NCBI GenBank assembly: GCA_002104945.1
Contig: MCFH01000005.1
Span: 744,001-808,000 of the forward strand
Length of the DNA stretch: 64,000 nucleotides
DNA from: Piromyces finnis finn
Taxonomy: Eukaryota; Fungi; Neocallimastigomycota
Reading direction: 5' to 3'
A program made the translations under genes and the position numbers. The notes under the pieces were generated by a model, which saw only the letters and a list, made by a program, of their open reading frames with translations, ran no database searches and was not told the DNA's origin. This document shows, one piece after another, positions 1-16,339 of the stretch. The number at the start of each line of letters is the position of its first letter. Position 1 is the first letter of the stretch.

Positions 1-106
1 ATTATTTTTTCTTTATTACAATTACTCAAATATATAAATAAATATGGGATATGGAAATAATTCCAAAATTAATTACATAAATGTTTATATATAATAATAA
101 ATAAAG

Positions 107-1542
107 CAATGGGGAAATTGGCCGGAGCTTTCATTTGAAAACATGAATTCAACCTGTGCAGTTCAACAATACATTCAATTATTAATTAAGCGTAATCCAG
201 AAGATATAAAAACTATTGTTACTTGTCCAGAAAATCAAGATCCTAATGTTTGGCAATATGAACACTTGAGGTAAAATTTTCTACAATGAATATTTTATTC
301 ATTTAATATTATATAGTAATAATTCATTTATTGAAATAAATAAAAATTAATCATACATCCTAGATAAAATGTTTAAAAAAAGTATATTCAATAATAAATT
401 TAATAATAAATTGATAGACATATAATTATTATTAACAACCGAAAAAAACATTTTAAATTAAAATATATATATCAAAAATGGTTTTATATATTATAATATA
501 TAAATATAAATATAAAATTATAAAACATGAAAAAGATATTTTAAAATATAAAAAATAATTAATATTAATGATATATAAAAAATATAAAAAAAAAAAAAAA
601 AAAAAAAAAAAGAAAAGAAAGAAAGAAAGAATATATGTATATTAATAATAAAAGTATAGAATGATATCTTAACATTGATATTAATATATATATTCATATC
701 ATATAAAAAAAAAAAAAAAAAAAAAAAAAGATTAATATGTCTAGAATTAAATCCTTTACTAATTATGTTAAGTGAAGAATGTCATCCAGATGTTTGTGAT
801 ACCATGAAAGCTACTGATGACGCAGAATTTTTTTGTGCTGCACACCCTAAAGCTCAACCAGTAAATATATTACCTTTATTATTATAAAATAAATAAGATA
901 ATAAAAAACTTTATATTAAAATAAAGTAATTAATATAATTAAATAAATATTCAGTGTAGTGCTATTGATTATTCTATACACACAGTAGACGGTTCAATAT
1001 CATTATTAAATTGTCATTCTTTTTTCCCAACTAGGTAAAATATTAAATATTAGAAATTATATTTGATTCGATAATAGTAATAAAAATTATTTTTAATAAT
1101 TAATAATACATAACCTAATATTTTGTTTATCTATGCATATAAATTATTTTATAAATATTTTATAGAGTTTCAATTCAACCATCTTCCTTAAAACATTTTT
1201 CAAATATTTCCAGAAGATTATATAGAATATTTGCTCATGCATGGTTCCATCATCGTGAAATATTTGTTGAATTTGAAGTAAGTTTTCTCTGTTTTATTCC
1301 TCTTACTTTTGTCTTCTATATTAAAATAATAAAAATAACATAACAATAAATGATTATTATTAATAATTATTTATAAATTTATTCAATTGATTTTAATTTT
1401 AATTTTATTTTAAATATTTAATATTTAGCATCAAACTCATCTTTATGCTAGATTCTTATATTTCTCAACAAAAGCTTTTAATTTAATATCACCAAAAGTT
1501 GTTATTATCCCATCTGAAGCCTGCAACATTGATTTTGATTAA
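107..1542 (+). CDS. MOB4: MOB4/phocein-family protein (STRIPAK component), 5'-partial, 5 exons visible
   Basis: Exons 107-270, 731-860, 955-1034, 1166-1277 and 1429-1542 join at GT-AG junctions into AVQQYIQ..DPNVWQYEHLRLICLELN..ECHPDVCDTMKATDDAEFFCAAH..CSAIDYSIHTVDG..RRLYRIFAHAWFHHREIF. These are hallmark MOB4/phocein motifs. The first exon(s) lie upstream of the window. Confidence 0.9.
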
Positions 1543-1826
1543 ACACTTTCATAATTTTTAAAATAAATAATTAATAAAAATAATATTTTTAAAACATTTC
1601 AAATAAAAAGAATTAGAAAAAAGAAAAAAGAAAAGAAAGGGGAAAAAAGGAAAAAAGAAAAATAAAAAATAAATAAATAAGAAATATATATATAATTAAT
1701 AAATTATTATATTTATAAGCAAATTAAAATAAAAATAAAAAATTAAAATATAATAGATAGTAAATAATAAATAATTGGTTTTAATATTTGTTCATAAATA
1801 AAATTATTATTAATAACATTTTTATT

Positions 1827-1857
<31 letters not shown>

Positions 1858-2578
1858 TTAATATTTTATATGTATAGCTATATTGATATTATAACAAAAA
1901 GTAAATTTTATAGTGTGAAATTTAATATTTTTTAGTATTTTATTAAATTTCAATAATTTAAAGTGTTGTTTTTATATTATATAAAAAAGCGTATAGATAA
2001 ACAATTTAAAATTTTGTACTATTTTAATATTTAAGTAATACAATTTATTTATATAATTTTTTTCTTAAAATTAACAATACTTTAGATTTAATTCTAAATA
2101 AAAAGACTATTTATTTTTGAGTAATTGAATTTAAAAACACATGCATATTTATCATTTACAACCTCGATATTTTACGATATTTTATTTTTTATTTTTATTG
2201 TTTTTTTTTTTTTTTTATCAATATCTTTATAACTTGTATATTGTAAAAATTATAAAAATATTGAGAATATTATTTCTAATGTTTTTATTTTCATACTATA
2301 ATAATAATAAAAGTAAAAAGATAATTAATTTTTTCTGTTAATTCTTTTGTTCATTTGTTGTTGACTACACTATCTATATATTATACTATGCTACTAAAAT
2401 ACTTTTTAAGTTATTGAAATAAATGAAAATAAATAAATTAAATTAAATAATGAAAACTAAATCATTTAAATATGTATATAGAATAGAATAGAAAATAGAT
2501 TATAAAACAATTAAAAAAATAAATAAATAAATAATACTAAATAATCCCTTTAAGATTTATTTTATTATTATTTATATT

Positions 2579-2927
2579 TTATAAATCATTTATTGGTTTA
2601 CACATATCATCTACTGGTTGATGTTGATATTTAAAAATTGGATTATCATATGGAGATCCTATAATTGAAAGCCACTGACTTAAAGTAATACGTTCCATTT
2701 CATTAACCCATTTACTAATTTCTTCTTTCTTTTTATTTATTATTTCTGGATTACTTAAATCATTTAATATTGTTGGAAGTTCTTCAAAACCATCGAAATA
2801 AATAAAAACTTCTCTGAATTCTTCACGATACCACTCAACCCATTTTGAAAGCATATTTTCCATAATTGGTTTCTTTTTCAATTTTATTTCATTATCTGTT
2901 CTTTTATTTTTTTTATCTTTAAAAAAG

Positions 2928-2958
<31 letters not shown>

Positions 2959-4365
2959 TTATATAAAATAAATTTATAATTTATATATTAAAAAAAAAAA
3001 TATTAAATATTAATAATAAATATATAAATATAAATAGTAATAAATAATTAATATTGTAATTAATAACATAAAGGTTATAAAGAAATGTAATTATTACAAA
3101 ATAAAATTAGCATTATAATCTTACCTATTGGTTCATTAAGTTCTTCAACATCTTCAACATGACTATCTATATAATTTTCAACTTCTTCATTATTTGATTC
3201 TTTTCTATCATATGTATTAGATTTATCAGCATCTTCACTACTTGCACTTTGATCAAGAAATATAGATGATTCAGTAAAATGATATTCATTATAAGTTTCT
3301 AATAATCTTTTAAACATAGATGGTGAAGGTAATAAATATATTATTTTAGCTCTCAAATTTTCCATCATTGCCATAACAGAAACTTGATATGGAAGGTAAA
3401 GAAGTGCTTTAAATTTTGCTAAAATTTTTGGACCACCATATCTAGTATTTAATACTTCATATGGAATATCTAATGCTTGTAATGCCGGAACAGAAAGCAT
3501 AGAATCTTGTTTTGAACGAGAAATAACAGCTATTGTTTTTTCAGGTTCTTCTGATTTATAAAATAATGATTCATCATAATCTTCTACAATTGGAGGACTA
3601 CCAGTTGATCTAATTAATCCATAGCGTTGTACATGAATACCATTTCTACATAAATAATAAATTTCATATGGATTATTAACTACAACCATAATTTTCATTT
3701 TCTCGATAGCCTCTTTAAATAATTTATGAAATTCAATTTTATATTCATCCTTTAAAAATACGTCATATCTATAATAGAAATTTTATTATATTATATTTAT
3801 ATATTAATAAAGAATAATCAATACAATAATTCAAAAAAAAAAAAGCTTTATTATACTCTACCTATTTGTTATTTCAGTTATAATTTTTGCTTTACATTTT
3901 GGAAGCTTCAAAAATGGAACAACGTCAAACATAATATCGGATATAATAATATATTGATATTCTTCACAATATTTTTCATATTTACTTTCACAGTTGTTTT
4001 CCATTAAGCAACTTTGTAATTCACTCCATTGCATACTGCTTGACTGTATATGAATATGTTAATAAAAAAACAAAATAAAAAAAGGTAGAATGATAATATT
4101 TTTTAATAAAAATTTTTGTTACTTTAAAATGAGTATTAAATATGTAAAATATATTGATTAAATAAAAATTATTAATATTAAAAAAAATACCTCTGGTGAA
4201 TATATAGTAACATTCCAATTAAGGGTTTCTCCAATATATTTAAAATTTGATATTGTTCCCTCATGTCTGCTAATATATAAAATCGGAATATTAAAAGTTC
4301 TTTGTTTTAAAAAATTAAAATTTTTTTCACTTAAAATATATTTATCATTTTTTATATTTGTATTT

Positions 4366-4397
<32 letters not shown>

Positions 4398-4586
4398 GTT
4401 ATTATTAGCAGAAGAAATCATTTTATCATAATGGCCATTTCTATATTGTGAAAAGTCACTTGCTACATAACTATCAGTAGCTATTTCAACTAACAATTTT
4501 AGTATCTGATAAAAAAGGAGTACAGATATAAATATTATTACATTTATAATTAAAAATCTTTGTATTTTTCTCGGTAAAGCAATCAT
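2579..4586 (-). CDS. Uncharacterised type II membrane protein, possibly glycosyltransferase-like
   Basis: Four exons (about 4586-4191, 4045-3864, 3770-3126, 2916-2579) splice in frame. There is an N-terminal hydrophobic helix (FLIINVIIFISVLLFYQIL), a poly-Asn stem, then YISRHEGTISNF, EITNRYD, VVVNNPYE, LLYLPYQVSVMAMMENL and WVEWY..FIYFDGFEEL. The gene is well supported; the function is only inferred from topology. Confidence 0.55.
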
Positions 4587-4899
4587 TTTTGATTTAATTA
4601 ATATTATGTAAATAAAAAAATATATATTATATATATTAAATAGACAATTGAATAATGCTGTAATTTTAATAAGAAAATATTTCCAAGTTTCAATGTTATT
4701 TAAATAATTTAATTTGTTAAATTCACTAATTTAACAATTATTTATGATATAAAGAGTTTCTAATTAATAAAAACTAAAACAGAATAAAAAAAAACTCTTG
4801 GAATTTTTTTATATTTTTTTTTACTATTTTTTTTTTTTTTTTTTTTTTGAAAAGTTTTTGTTATATGATTTAAGCTGTTATTTAAAATTTGTTTAATAA

Positions 4900-4900
<1 letters not shown>

Positions 4901-4986
<86 letters not shown>
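4901..4986. repeat. (TTA)n microsatellite
   Basis: Uninterrupted TTA run of roughly 28 units; source of the poly-Leu ORF 4889-5077. Confidence 0.95.
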
Positions 4987-6601
4987 TGTTATTTTCATTT
5001 ATATATACATATGTACTTATATTAAGAAAATACTGTTTTCATTAAAACTCTTAAATATTTTCGCTAAAAAAAAATAAAAAAATAAATTTCTATTAAAGCA
5101 ACTTTTTTTTTTTTTTGGAAAAGAAATTCTTACTAAATAATTAAAATTATACCTTTTACACAAATAAAGTAATAAATATACATAAATAATGAATATTTAA
5201 TTTATATATATATTATATATCATAATAATAATAATAAATTTCTTTTTTCTCTTTTTTCCGTTGTAATAATAATTAAAATTTTTAGATAAATTTTTTGATT
5301 TAATAATAAAATTAATGAATAATATATTATGAATCATTATTAAATATATTATAATAATTTATTATTTAATTTAATTTTATATTAAATTATTCTTATAAAA
5401 AATAAAGTTAAAAAAAAGAAATGTAACAAATAGTTTTAAAAATATAATATATATCTTGAAAATATACTAAAAGTATATTATATCAATTTAAATATATTAT
5501 ACATTTAATTTTTTTTATTAAATTAAGCTTTAATAATTATTTTATATGAAAGATATGCCGTATTAATATATATTCTAACCCTTCATGTTTTATAAGAAAG
5601 AAAAGTAGCTTTTTGTGGAGAATGCTTCTAATATTATCATATATTTTTTTTTAAAAAAAAAATATTTATTGGATATGTTATATTTTGGTAAAAACGTTTT
5701 TTTTTTTATATTCTACAAGTTATAACGATCAAAAATTTATCATAAGACTTTTTGAATTGTTTATGAAAGATGATAGATGATATTTAATAATTAATTACTA
5801 ATAATAAAAATATTTTTTTTTTTTTTAGAATTTGTTATATTTAAGCAAAATATTGACATATAGAAAAAACTATATGAGTAATTTATGTAATTTCATTTTA
5901 TTTATATAAAGTTATTTTGTATGTTTATTACTTTACTTTAAATATATAATACATTTTTATATAAATAAAAATTATTATTAAAGATTGATTTTATGACATT
6001 AATTTTTTTTTTATATATATATATAATAAAAAATAATTATTATTTAATTTTTTACATTTCATTTCTTTTATTTTTACAATTCCAGTTATTATTTTATAAA
6101 TAATTAGTATTTGCTATATAGATTATTGTATAAAAATATTAACATCTTTATGCTATTTTTTATATGTATAAATTATAATATTAAGAAGGAAGGATTAGAT
6201 TAACTAAACATTAATTTTCAAAAAATAAAGGGTTAAACATTATAAAAATTTATAAATTTTTTTTATAAATATCAAAAATTAAAAATTAATATTTGCTAAC
6301 AATAATAGACATATAGAATAAAAAACCAGTATTGAAAAAAAAAATAAAAAGAACAAATTTTTATTATATATTTTATTATGTAGGATGGTAACATTTTCCA
6401 ATGCTTATGATTAAATTAATATTTTTTAAATAATAGCATATAAATTATAAATTGTTCTATTATAAAATCTTGTAAATTAAAAAATTATGATTAATGGGAT
6501 AGAGTAAAAATATTTAAGCATTTATATAATATATACATAAAATATATATTATATGTAAAGTATAGATTTAGAAATTTATTGCAAATTATTTCATTGAATA
6601 T

Positions 6602-9563
<2,962 letters not shown>

Positions 9564-10226
9564 GAGGAAATTTAGATAATTAAAAATATTTATGAAGGTA
9601 TAAAAATATATGATATGAATATATAAAGAACTATTTTTTGTTCTATTTTAATTAGAAGTGTTGTATTTTTTTTTTAAAAGTCAATTTTTAATTAATTTTA
9701 TTTAATTAAAACATTTTATTTATTTATTCAATAAATGACATTATAGGTTACAAAAACAACAACAATATTATTATATTTATGCTAAAAAATGTTACTTTTT
9801 TTTTGTATTGATAATATATACGTATTTACAATAAGCTATCCATTTATATATATGTTTTTTTTTTTTTTTTTTTTTTTAAATGAATAAAATATTAAAAAAA
9901 AGTATATTTTTTATTTAATAATCTTTTTAATTAAAAAATAGTTTATTACTATTTTTTATATTATGATATTATTATTATTATTATTATTGTTTTTTTTTAT
10001 ATAATTTCTTTCTTTATTTTATTTTATTTTTTTTTTATGTTTATTTAGTTTTATAAGAAATTAAAAAAAGAAGTAAGCATGAGAGATGAGGTTTCATCAT
10101 GCTTTATAATTTAATATAAAAATAAATTAAAAATGTTTATGTAACATTAAACTTTATTAATTAAGGAATAATAATTTTAAATGAAATATTTTAAATAGTT
10201 TTTAAGAGCATCTTTACATAATATTA

Positions 10227-10229
10227 TAA

Positions 10230-10288
<59 letters not shown>

Positions 10289-10290
10289 AT
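10227..10290. repeat. (AAAT)n microsatellite
   Basis: Tetranucleotide run between the divergent ZnT9 and RAD54 genes. Confidence 0.9.
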
Positions 10291-10902
10291 TTATGGTTTA
10301 TGGTTAAATGATGATAATAATTATAATAAATAAATGTTATTAATATTAAATAACTAAAATATATATTAATATATTATATATATATTACGTATATATATTT
10401 TTTGTGAAATAATACAAATATTTAAAATTATAACTAATTGATAATGGTAACTTTTTATATGTTTTATTTCAATTATAAATTAGTAATGTTAACATTTAAT
10501 AAATAATTATATATAAATATTTTTGTTTAAGTATGATTATCAGAATAAGAAAAATGAAATACTTTGAAGATATGACATTACTTTTTTACAGATAGAAATA
10601 TATATATGTATTATTAAATTTTGTTTTACTATATTACTTATAATATAAAAAATAAAATAGAAATATAGAATTATCAAATTAATAACATTTTTTAGTCATT
10701 ATTATTATTATTTTTTTAATATTATATACCTTAGAAATTTAAATAATACCCTACATTAATTTTGTTATATAATTTATTTATTATTATATATTTTCTCATA
10801 TAATTGAATTAAGAATCAAATTCGTTATATATATATATAACATTTTTGTTTTATAATTTATTAAATACTTAAAAAAAAAAAATAATTAAAGTAATTATAA
10901 AA

Positions 10903-13850
10903 ATGAGAAGAAGTTTTGCACCTAGTAAATACTCTCAAACAACATTGTTGAAATGCATTTCTGTTAAACGAAATTCAAATGTAGAATATGAACAAAAGAT
11001 AAAACGTCAAAAAGTTGTAGTAATTGATGATAAAAATGATTCTGATTATGATGATAATTTCGATAAAGAAAATAAAATTCCAAAAAACACAACTAAGTCA
11101 AATATAATTACTTCGAAAATAAATCAGTATAAACAGCCATTAAAATTAAAAAATGCAAATATTGTCAATCGTGTAACTAAACCTTTTATATTACCATCAT
11201 TTTTAAATGGAAAACGCCCTCCAATTGTAAATCATTCACAGAGATTAACATTGGGTCCAAGAAGAAGAATAGTAGTGGCTGCTAAGCCATTATATGATCC
11301 TGAGGATGAATCGGCTATTGTTCTTTTTGAACCAAAAGAATTGACAGAAACAGAAAAATTGAATTCCCTTTCAAAAGCAGCATTAAACAAAGATGAACAT
11401 TTAAAAATACAAGTTCATGTAGTTGTTGACCCTGCTATTGGAAAAGTTTTAAGACCACATCAAGTGATTATATATACTTTTTTTTTTTTTATTTTATTTT
11501 TTTCAATTTATATATATGTTTATTTTATATAAAATATAAATTTAAAATTATAAATTATAAATTGGTTATTAATCATTAACAATTATCATATTATATTTAA
11601 GATTGAAGGTGTAAGATTTTTATATAATTGCTCAACTGGTAAATGTGTTGAGAATGCTTATGGAGCAATTATGGCAGATGAAATGGTATTAAAAATACTT
11701 AATATTTATTTTGATTTTTAATATATTTATTCAAAATATAATATAACCATTTATTTATATTTATATAAAATAGGGTTTAGGAAAAACGCTACAATGTAAG
11801 TTTTTTTTTATAAATTGATAACTTGTTTGTTTATTTTGTTATTCTTTTTTTAATATTTATTATTGAATATTTCATAGAAGTTTTAGTAAGTGATAAATTC
11901 TAATTTTTTTTTTTTTGAATATTGTGTATAAAAGGTATAACATTGCTTTGGACATTACTTTGTCAATCACCTATCCCAGGTAAATCCGAAATTAATAAAG
12001 CTATTATTGTATGCCCATCAAGTTTGGTAAGAAATTGGATGAAAGAACTTTTACATTGGATAGGGAAAGATAGAATTAATCTTTTGGTATGTGATGGATC
12101 GTTAGGTACTAAAGAACAAACATTAAAAACATTGTCTTCTTTTGCAAGCGCTAAAGGACGAGTTGTTACTCCAGGTAAACTAAATAATTTTTTTTAATAA
12201 TAATAAACATAATAATAACAAACATAAACATAAACATGGTAATAATATATGTATTATAATATAGTTTTAATTATATCATACGAAAGTTTAAGAACTTATA
12301 TAGAGGCACTTCATAAAACAGATTCAATTGGATTAATGTTGTGTGATGAAGGTCATAGATTAAAAAATCAAGACTCATTGACATATAAAGCATTAAATGG
12401 TAATTAATATAAATTTATTATTTGCTAAACAATATTTATATTATATTTATAAAACAAATATTATTTTATTAAATATTTAAATAATAAATATTTAAATTCT
12501 CTTTTTATATTATATAAAAAGAAATTCGGACGAAAAGACGTGTTATTTTAACTGGTACTCCCATTCAAAATGATTTAACAGGTAGACATATCGACAATAT
12601 CGACAATATCGACAATAATTTATTTAAAAGAAATTTAATTTTATTTATTTATTTATTATTATTACATATGCTTTTTTTTTATGTAGAATATTTTTCATTA
12701 ATCAATTTTGCTAATCCGGGCTTACTTGGTACATCTCAAGAATTTAGGAGAAAATATGAAATTCCAATTCTTAGAGGACGCGATTCAGAATCGACTGATA
12801 AAGAAAAAGAAATTGGTGAAGAAAGATTGAAAGAATTATTAGAAATTACCAATAAATTTACTATTCGTAGAACTTCGGATTTATTGTCTAAATATTGTAA
12901 ATTTTCAGACATTATTATTATTATTATTATCGTCATCATCATCGATATTCTTTTTATTCAATAACTAAAAAAAATATATTTTCTCTTATATATATATATA
13001 TTTGACATAATTTGGAACAGTACCTTTAAAATATGAGTATGTAGTATTTTGTAGGTTGAGTGATTATCAATTAAATATATATAAAGAGTTTGTTAAATCT
13101 GATAAAATTAAAGGATTGATTTCAGGAAAAAATGCACAAACATTAAAAGCTATAACTACCTTAAAAAAACTATGTAATCATCCATCACTGGTTGATTTAA
13201 ATGAATATAATATAAAAGTTGAAAAACCTGAACGGAATCCAACTATCTTCAATACTTCTTCAAGGAGAAGATCAACATATAAAGAAGATGATCCAAGGTC
13301 AGAAGATTCTGGAAAACTAGCTTTATTAGATAATATGATTTCAATGATACGACATACATCAGATGACAAAATAGTATTAATTAGTAATTATACCAAAACA
13401 TCAGAGCTATTTGAATTTTTATGTAGAATAAGAAATTATCAGTGTGTTAGGTTAGATGGTTCTATGACCCCTAAAAAGAAAATGAGAATTGTTGAAGAAT
13501 TTAATAAACCAGAATCACCAATTTTTATTTTCCTTTTGAGTAGTAAAGCTGGTGGTTGTGGATTAAATTTAATCGGTGCAAATCGCTTGATCCTTTTTGA
13601 TCCAGGTAAGAAGAATATATATATATAAATGTTAATTATGGCTGTAGAATTTTTTTTTTCATTAATTTTTTTAATATCATTAATCTTTATTTTAAATATA
13701 ATGATTAGATTGGAACCCAGCAAATGATATGCAAGCTTTAGCTAGAATTTGGAGAGAAGGTCAAAAAAAAACATGTTATATATATAGATTTATTGCTACA
13801 GGAACAGTAGAAGAAAAAATTTTTCAAAGGTATTATTTAATATTGTTTAC

Positions 13851-13899
<49 letters not shown>

Positions 13900-14264
13900 T
13901 AAAATCTTAAATATATATTATTAATAGGCAAGCACATAAACAATCAATTAGTTCTTGTGTTGTAGATGAAGATGAAGATGTTGAACGTCATTTTTCACGG
14001 AAAGATTTGAAGAAGCTTTTTGAATTTAATGAACATACCCTCTCAGATACCCATGATACATTTAAGTGTAGTAGGTGTGTTCACGGAAGACAAGTATTTA
14101 AACCACCCGAAATTAATGGTACAAATCAAGGAGATACTAGTTTTTGGAATCATTTCTCAGAATATGAACTTCATAAGATACCCGATAAAATTTTACGTGA
14201 ATGTGGAAAAGGTATAATAACATATGCATTCCAAACAAAAAGTCAGGAACAAATATCAAAATAA
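10903..14264 (+). CDS. RAD54: DNA repair and recombination SNF2-family translocase Rad54
   Basis: N-terminus MRRSFAPS; [16 protein letters not shown]; ADEM|GLGKTLQ (Walker A); CDEGHRLKN (Walker B); [10 protein letters not shown]; RLDG; [19 protein letters not shown]; D|[20 protein letters not shown]; C-terminal HDTFKCSRC. Multi-exon with GT-AG junctions. Confidence 0.95.
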
Positions 14265-14709
14265 TTTCAAATCAAATCAAATTAAGTGATATTTATTATA
14301 TAATTCTATTATCTTAATTAAATAAGTTTAAAATATATATATATATATTTTTTCTATTAATATTTCATTTTCAATTATATAAAATGAAAATATAATTAAT
14401 ATTAATATATTGCATATTAATAATATAACTATCATACTTAAAAAAAATATATTTTTTTATTTTGTTTTATACACTTTTAATATTGATACTACAAGAAATA
14501 TAAAAAATTTGAATACACAAAATCTTCAATAATAAAAATATAATAAAATAAGAATGTCAAATAATTAAAGTGTAATAGTTTAATAAAATTTATATTAAGA
14601 TTTTTAATATATTTTATTAATTTAATAAAAAATTGATTTTTAAATCTATTTAGATTTACAATTATAATGAAATTAGGCTTTTTTTATATTATACATTTAG
14701 TAAATTTAA

Positions 14710-15471
14710 TTAACATTCAAGATATTCAGCAACTGTTAATAATTCAGTTGCAATGTTATCATCAATATGAAATTCTGGAACATCTTCAGAGTTAGAGTAT
14801 TTAGCTTTGTAATAAAAATATTCACAGACTTTTTCTAAAATTTCTCCTCTATATAATTATATTTAAAACATTCGAAACAAATGATTATAATAAAATATAT
14901 ATTAATATAAAATTTATATTATTACGCAGTGAAATTTCATTTTAAATTTTAATGATGTATGATTACCTAATTTCTCCGAAAGGAATTTCATTTTGACGTT
15001 TTTCAACGAAATTTCCTTTTTTATTTATTAAAATTTAAAAATTATAAAATATATAAAAAATTATTAGAATTAAAAATAATTACTACTACTACTATACTAC
15101 CACTATTATTATTATCATTATAATTTTCTTTTTTAAATTTTATTATTAGAAGATATTAAAGTAAATGAAACATCCAACAAACAATCATAAGAATTTATAT
15201 ATTCCTATAATAATTTATTGTTTTTTATTTTTACTTGTTATAATTGATTATTATATTATAGAAGTATTTATTATATTAAATGCCATCACATGTAATTATA
15301 TTTTATTTTTATTCATATACCTGGACTAGAAAGCATGCTTTTTATAGTTCCTGAAATCATTGCACATTTTCTATCAATTATAAATTCAAATCCATCTGAA
15401 CTGATTAATTTTACTGTATTGAAAACAACATTTTCTTCATTTGAAGAAACAGATTGATTATCATCTTCCAT
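14710..15471 (-). CDS. ELC1: Elongin C
   Basis: Three exons give [88 protein letters not shown], the canonical Elongin C sequence. Missed by the ORF track. Confidence 0.92.
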
Positions 15472-16339
15472 GTTTTTTTTTTTTTTTTTTTTTTTTTTGG
15501 TATATTAATTTAATAATTTTATTTTTTTTTTTATTTTATTTTATGAAAAATAAAATATTTTGCTTTAAACTATTAAAAATATAGTTTTATAAAAATTAAA
15601 TTAATTTATTATAAAAAAATAATTGATTTTTAAATATACATAATGATATAGCTTCATTAATTTCTAATACATTAGTTTTAATTAATGTAATTATTATACA
15701 AAAATATTCACTAAACTTTAATCCTATTTTCATGAATTAAAAAATAAAACAAAAATAAAAATACAAAAAACAAAAATAATAGCAGTAATAATAAAAAAGA
15801 AAAATTAAAGAATAAAACAAGTATTTAATAAAAAATAAGAAAACAAATAAATAAATAAAAAAAAAAAACAAAAAAAACAAAAAAAAAATAAATAAAATAA
15901 AAATAATAAAAACAAAAAAATATTACAATAGAAAAGATATAATAATTATAGAATTGAATTAAAAGAGGTAATTTTAAAATAAAATAATCTTCTATATACC
16001 ATTATTATTAATTATTTAATGTATATATATATTTTTTAAATTATATTTATAACTAATAATTTAAATAGGCATCAAGATTTTCTTAGTATTTAAATTTTAA
16101 GAAAATAATAAGCTATAAATAATCAAATTAAAAAAATTCTTTTAATTTCAATTAGATATAGATTATTGAAATTTATGAAACTTATAAACTATGAATAGAC
16201 AATACAATAATTTAAATTAAGTCATATAATAAAATTAATAAAATAATAGATTTTTAATTATTTAAAAATACAATAACATTAATAACATTACGATAATATC
16301 AGATAAATTATTTTTAAATTTTATATTGAAATCAATAAA

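Noticed and set aside
44-106. ATG at 44 as the MOB4 start
   Set aside because: The frame hits a stop, and joining it to 107 would need a 24-nt intron; the true first exon is probably upstream of the window.
4889-5077. Poly-Leu ORF (likewise poly-Ile 7407-7799 and 26727-26948)
   Set aside because: Translations of TTA/AAT microsatellites; two lie inside introns of real genes.
12592-12617. (ATCGACAAT)x3 in a RAD54 intron
   Set aside because: Short slippage repeat with no evidence of function.
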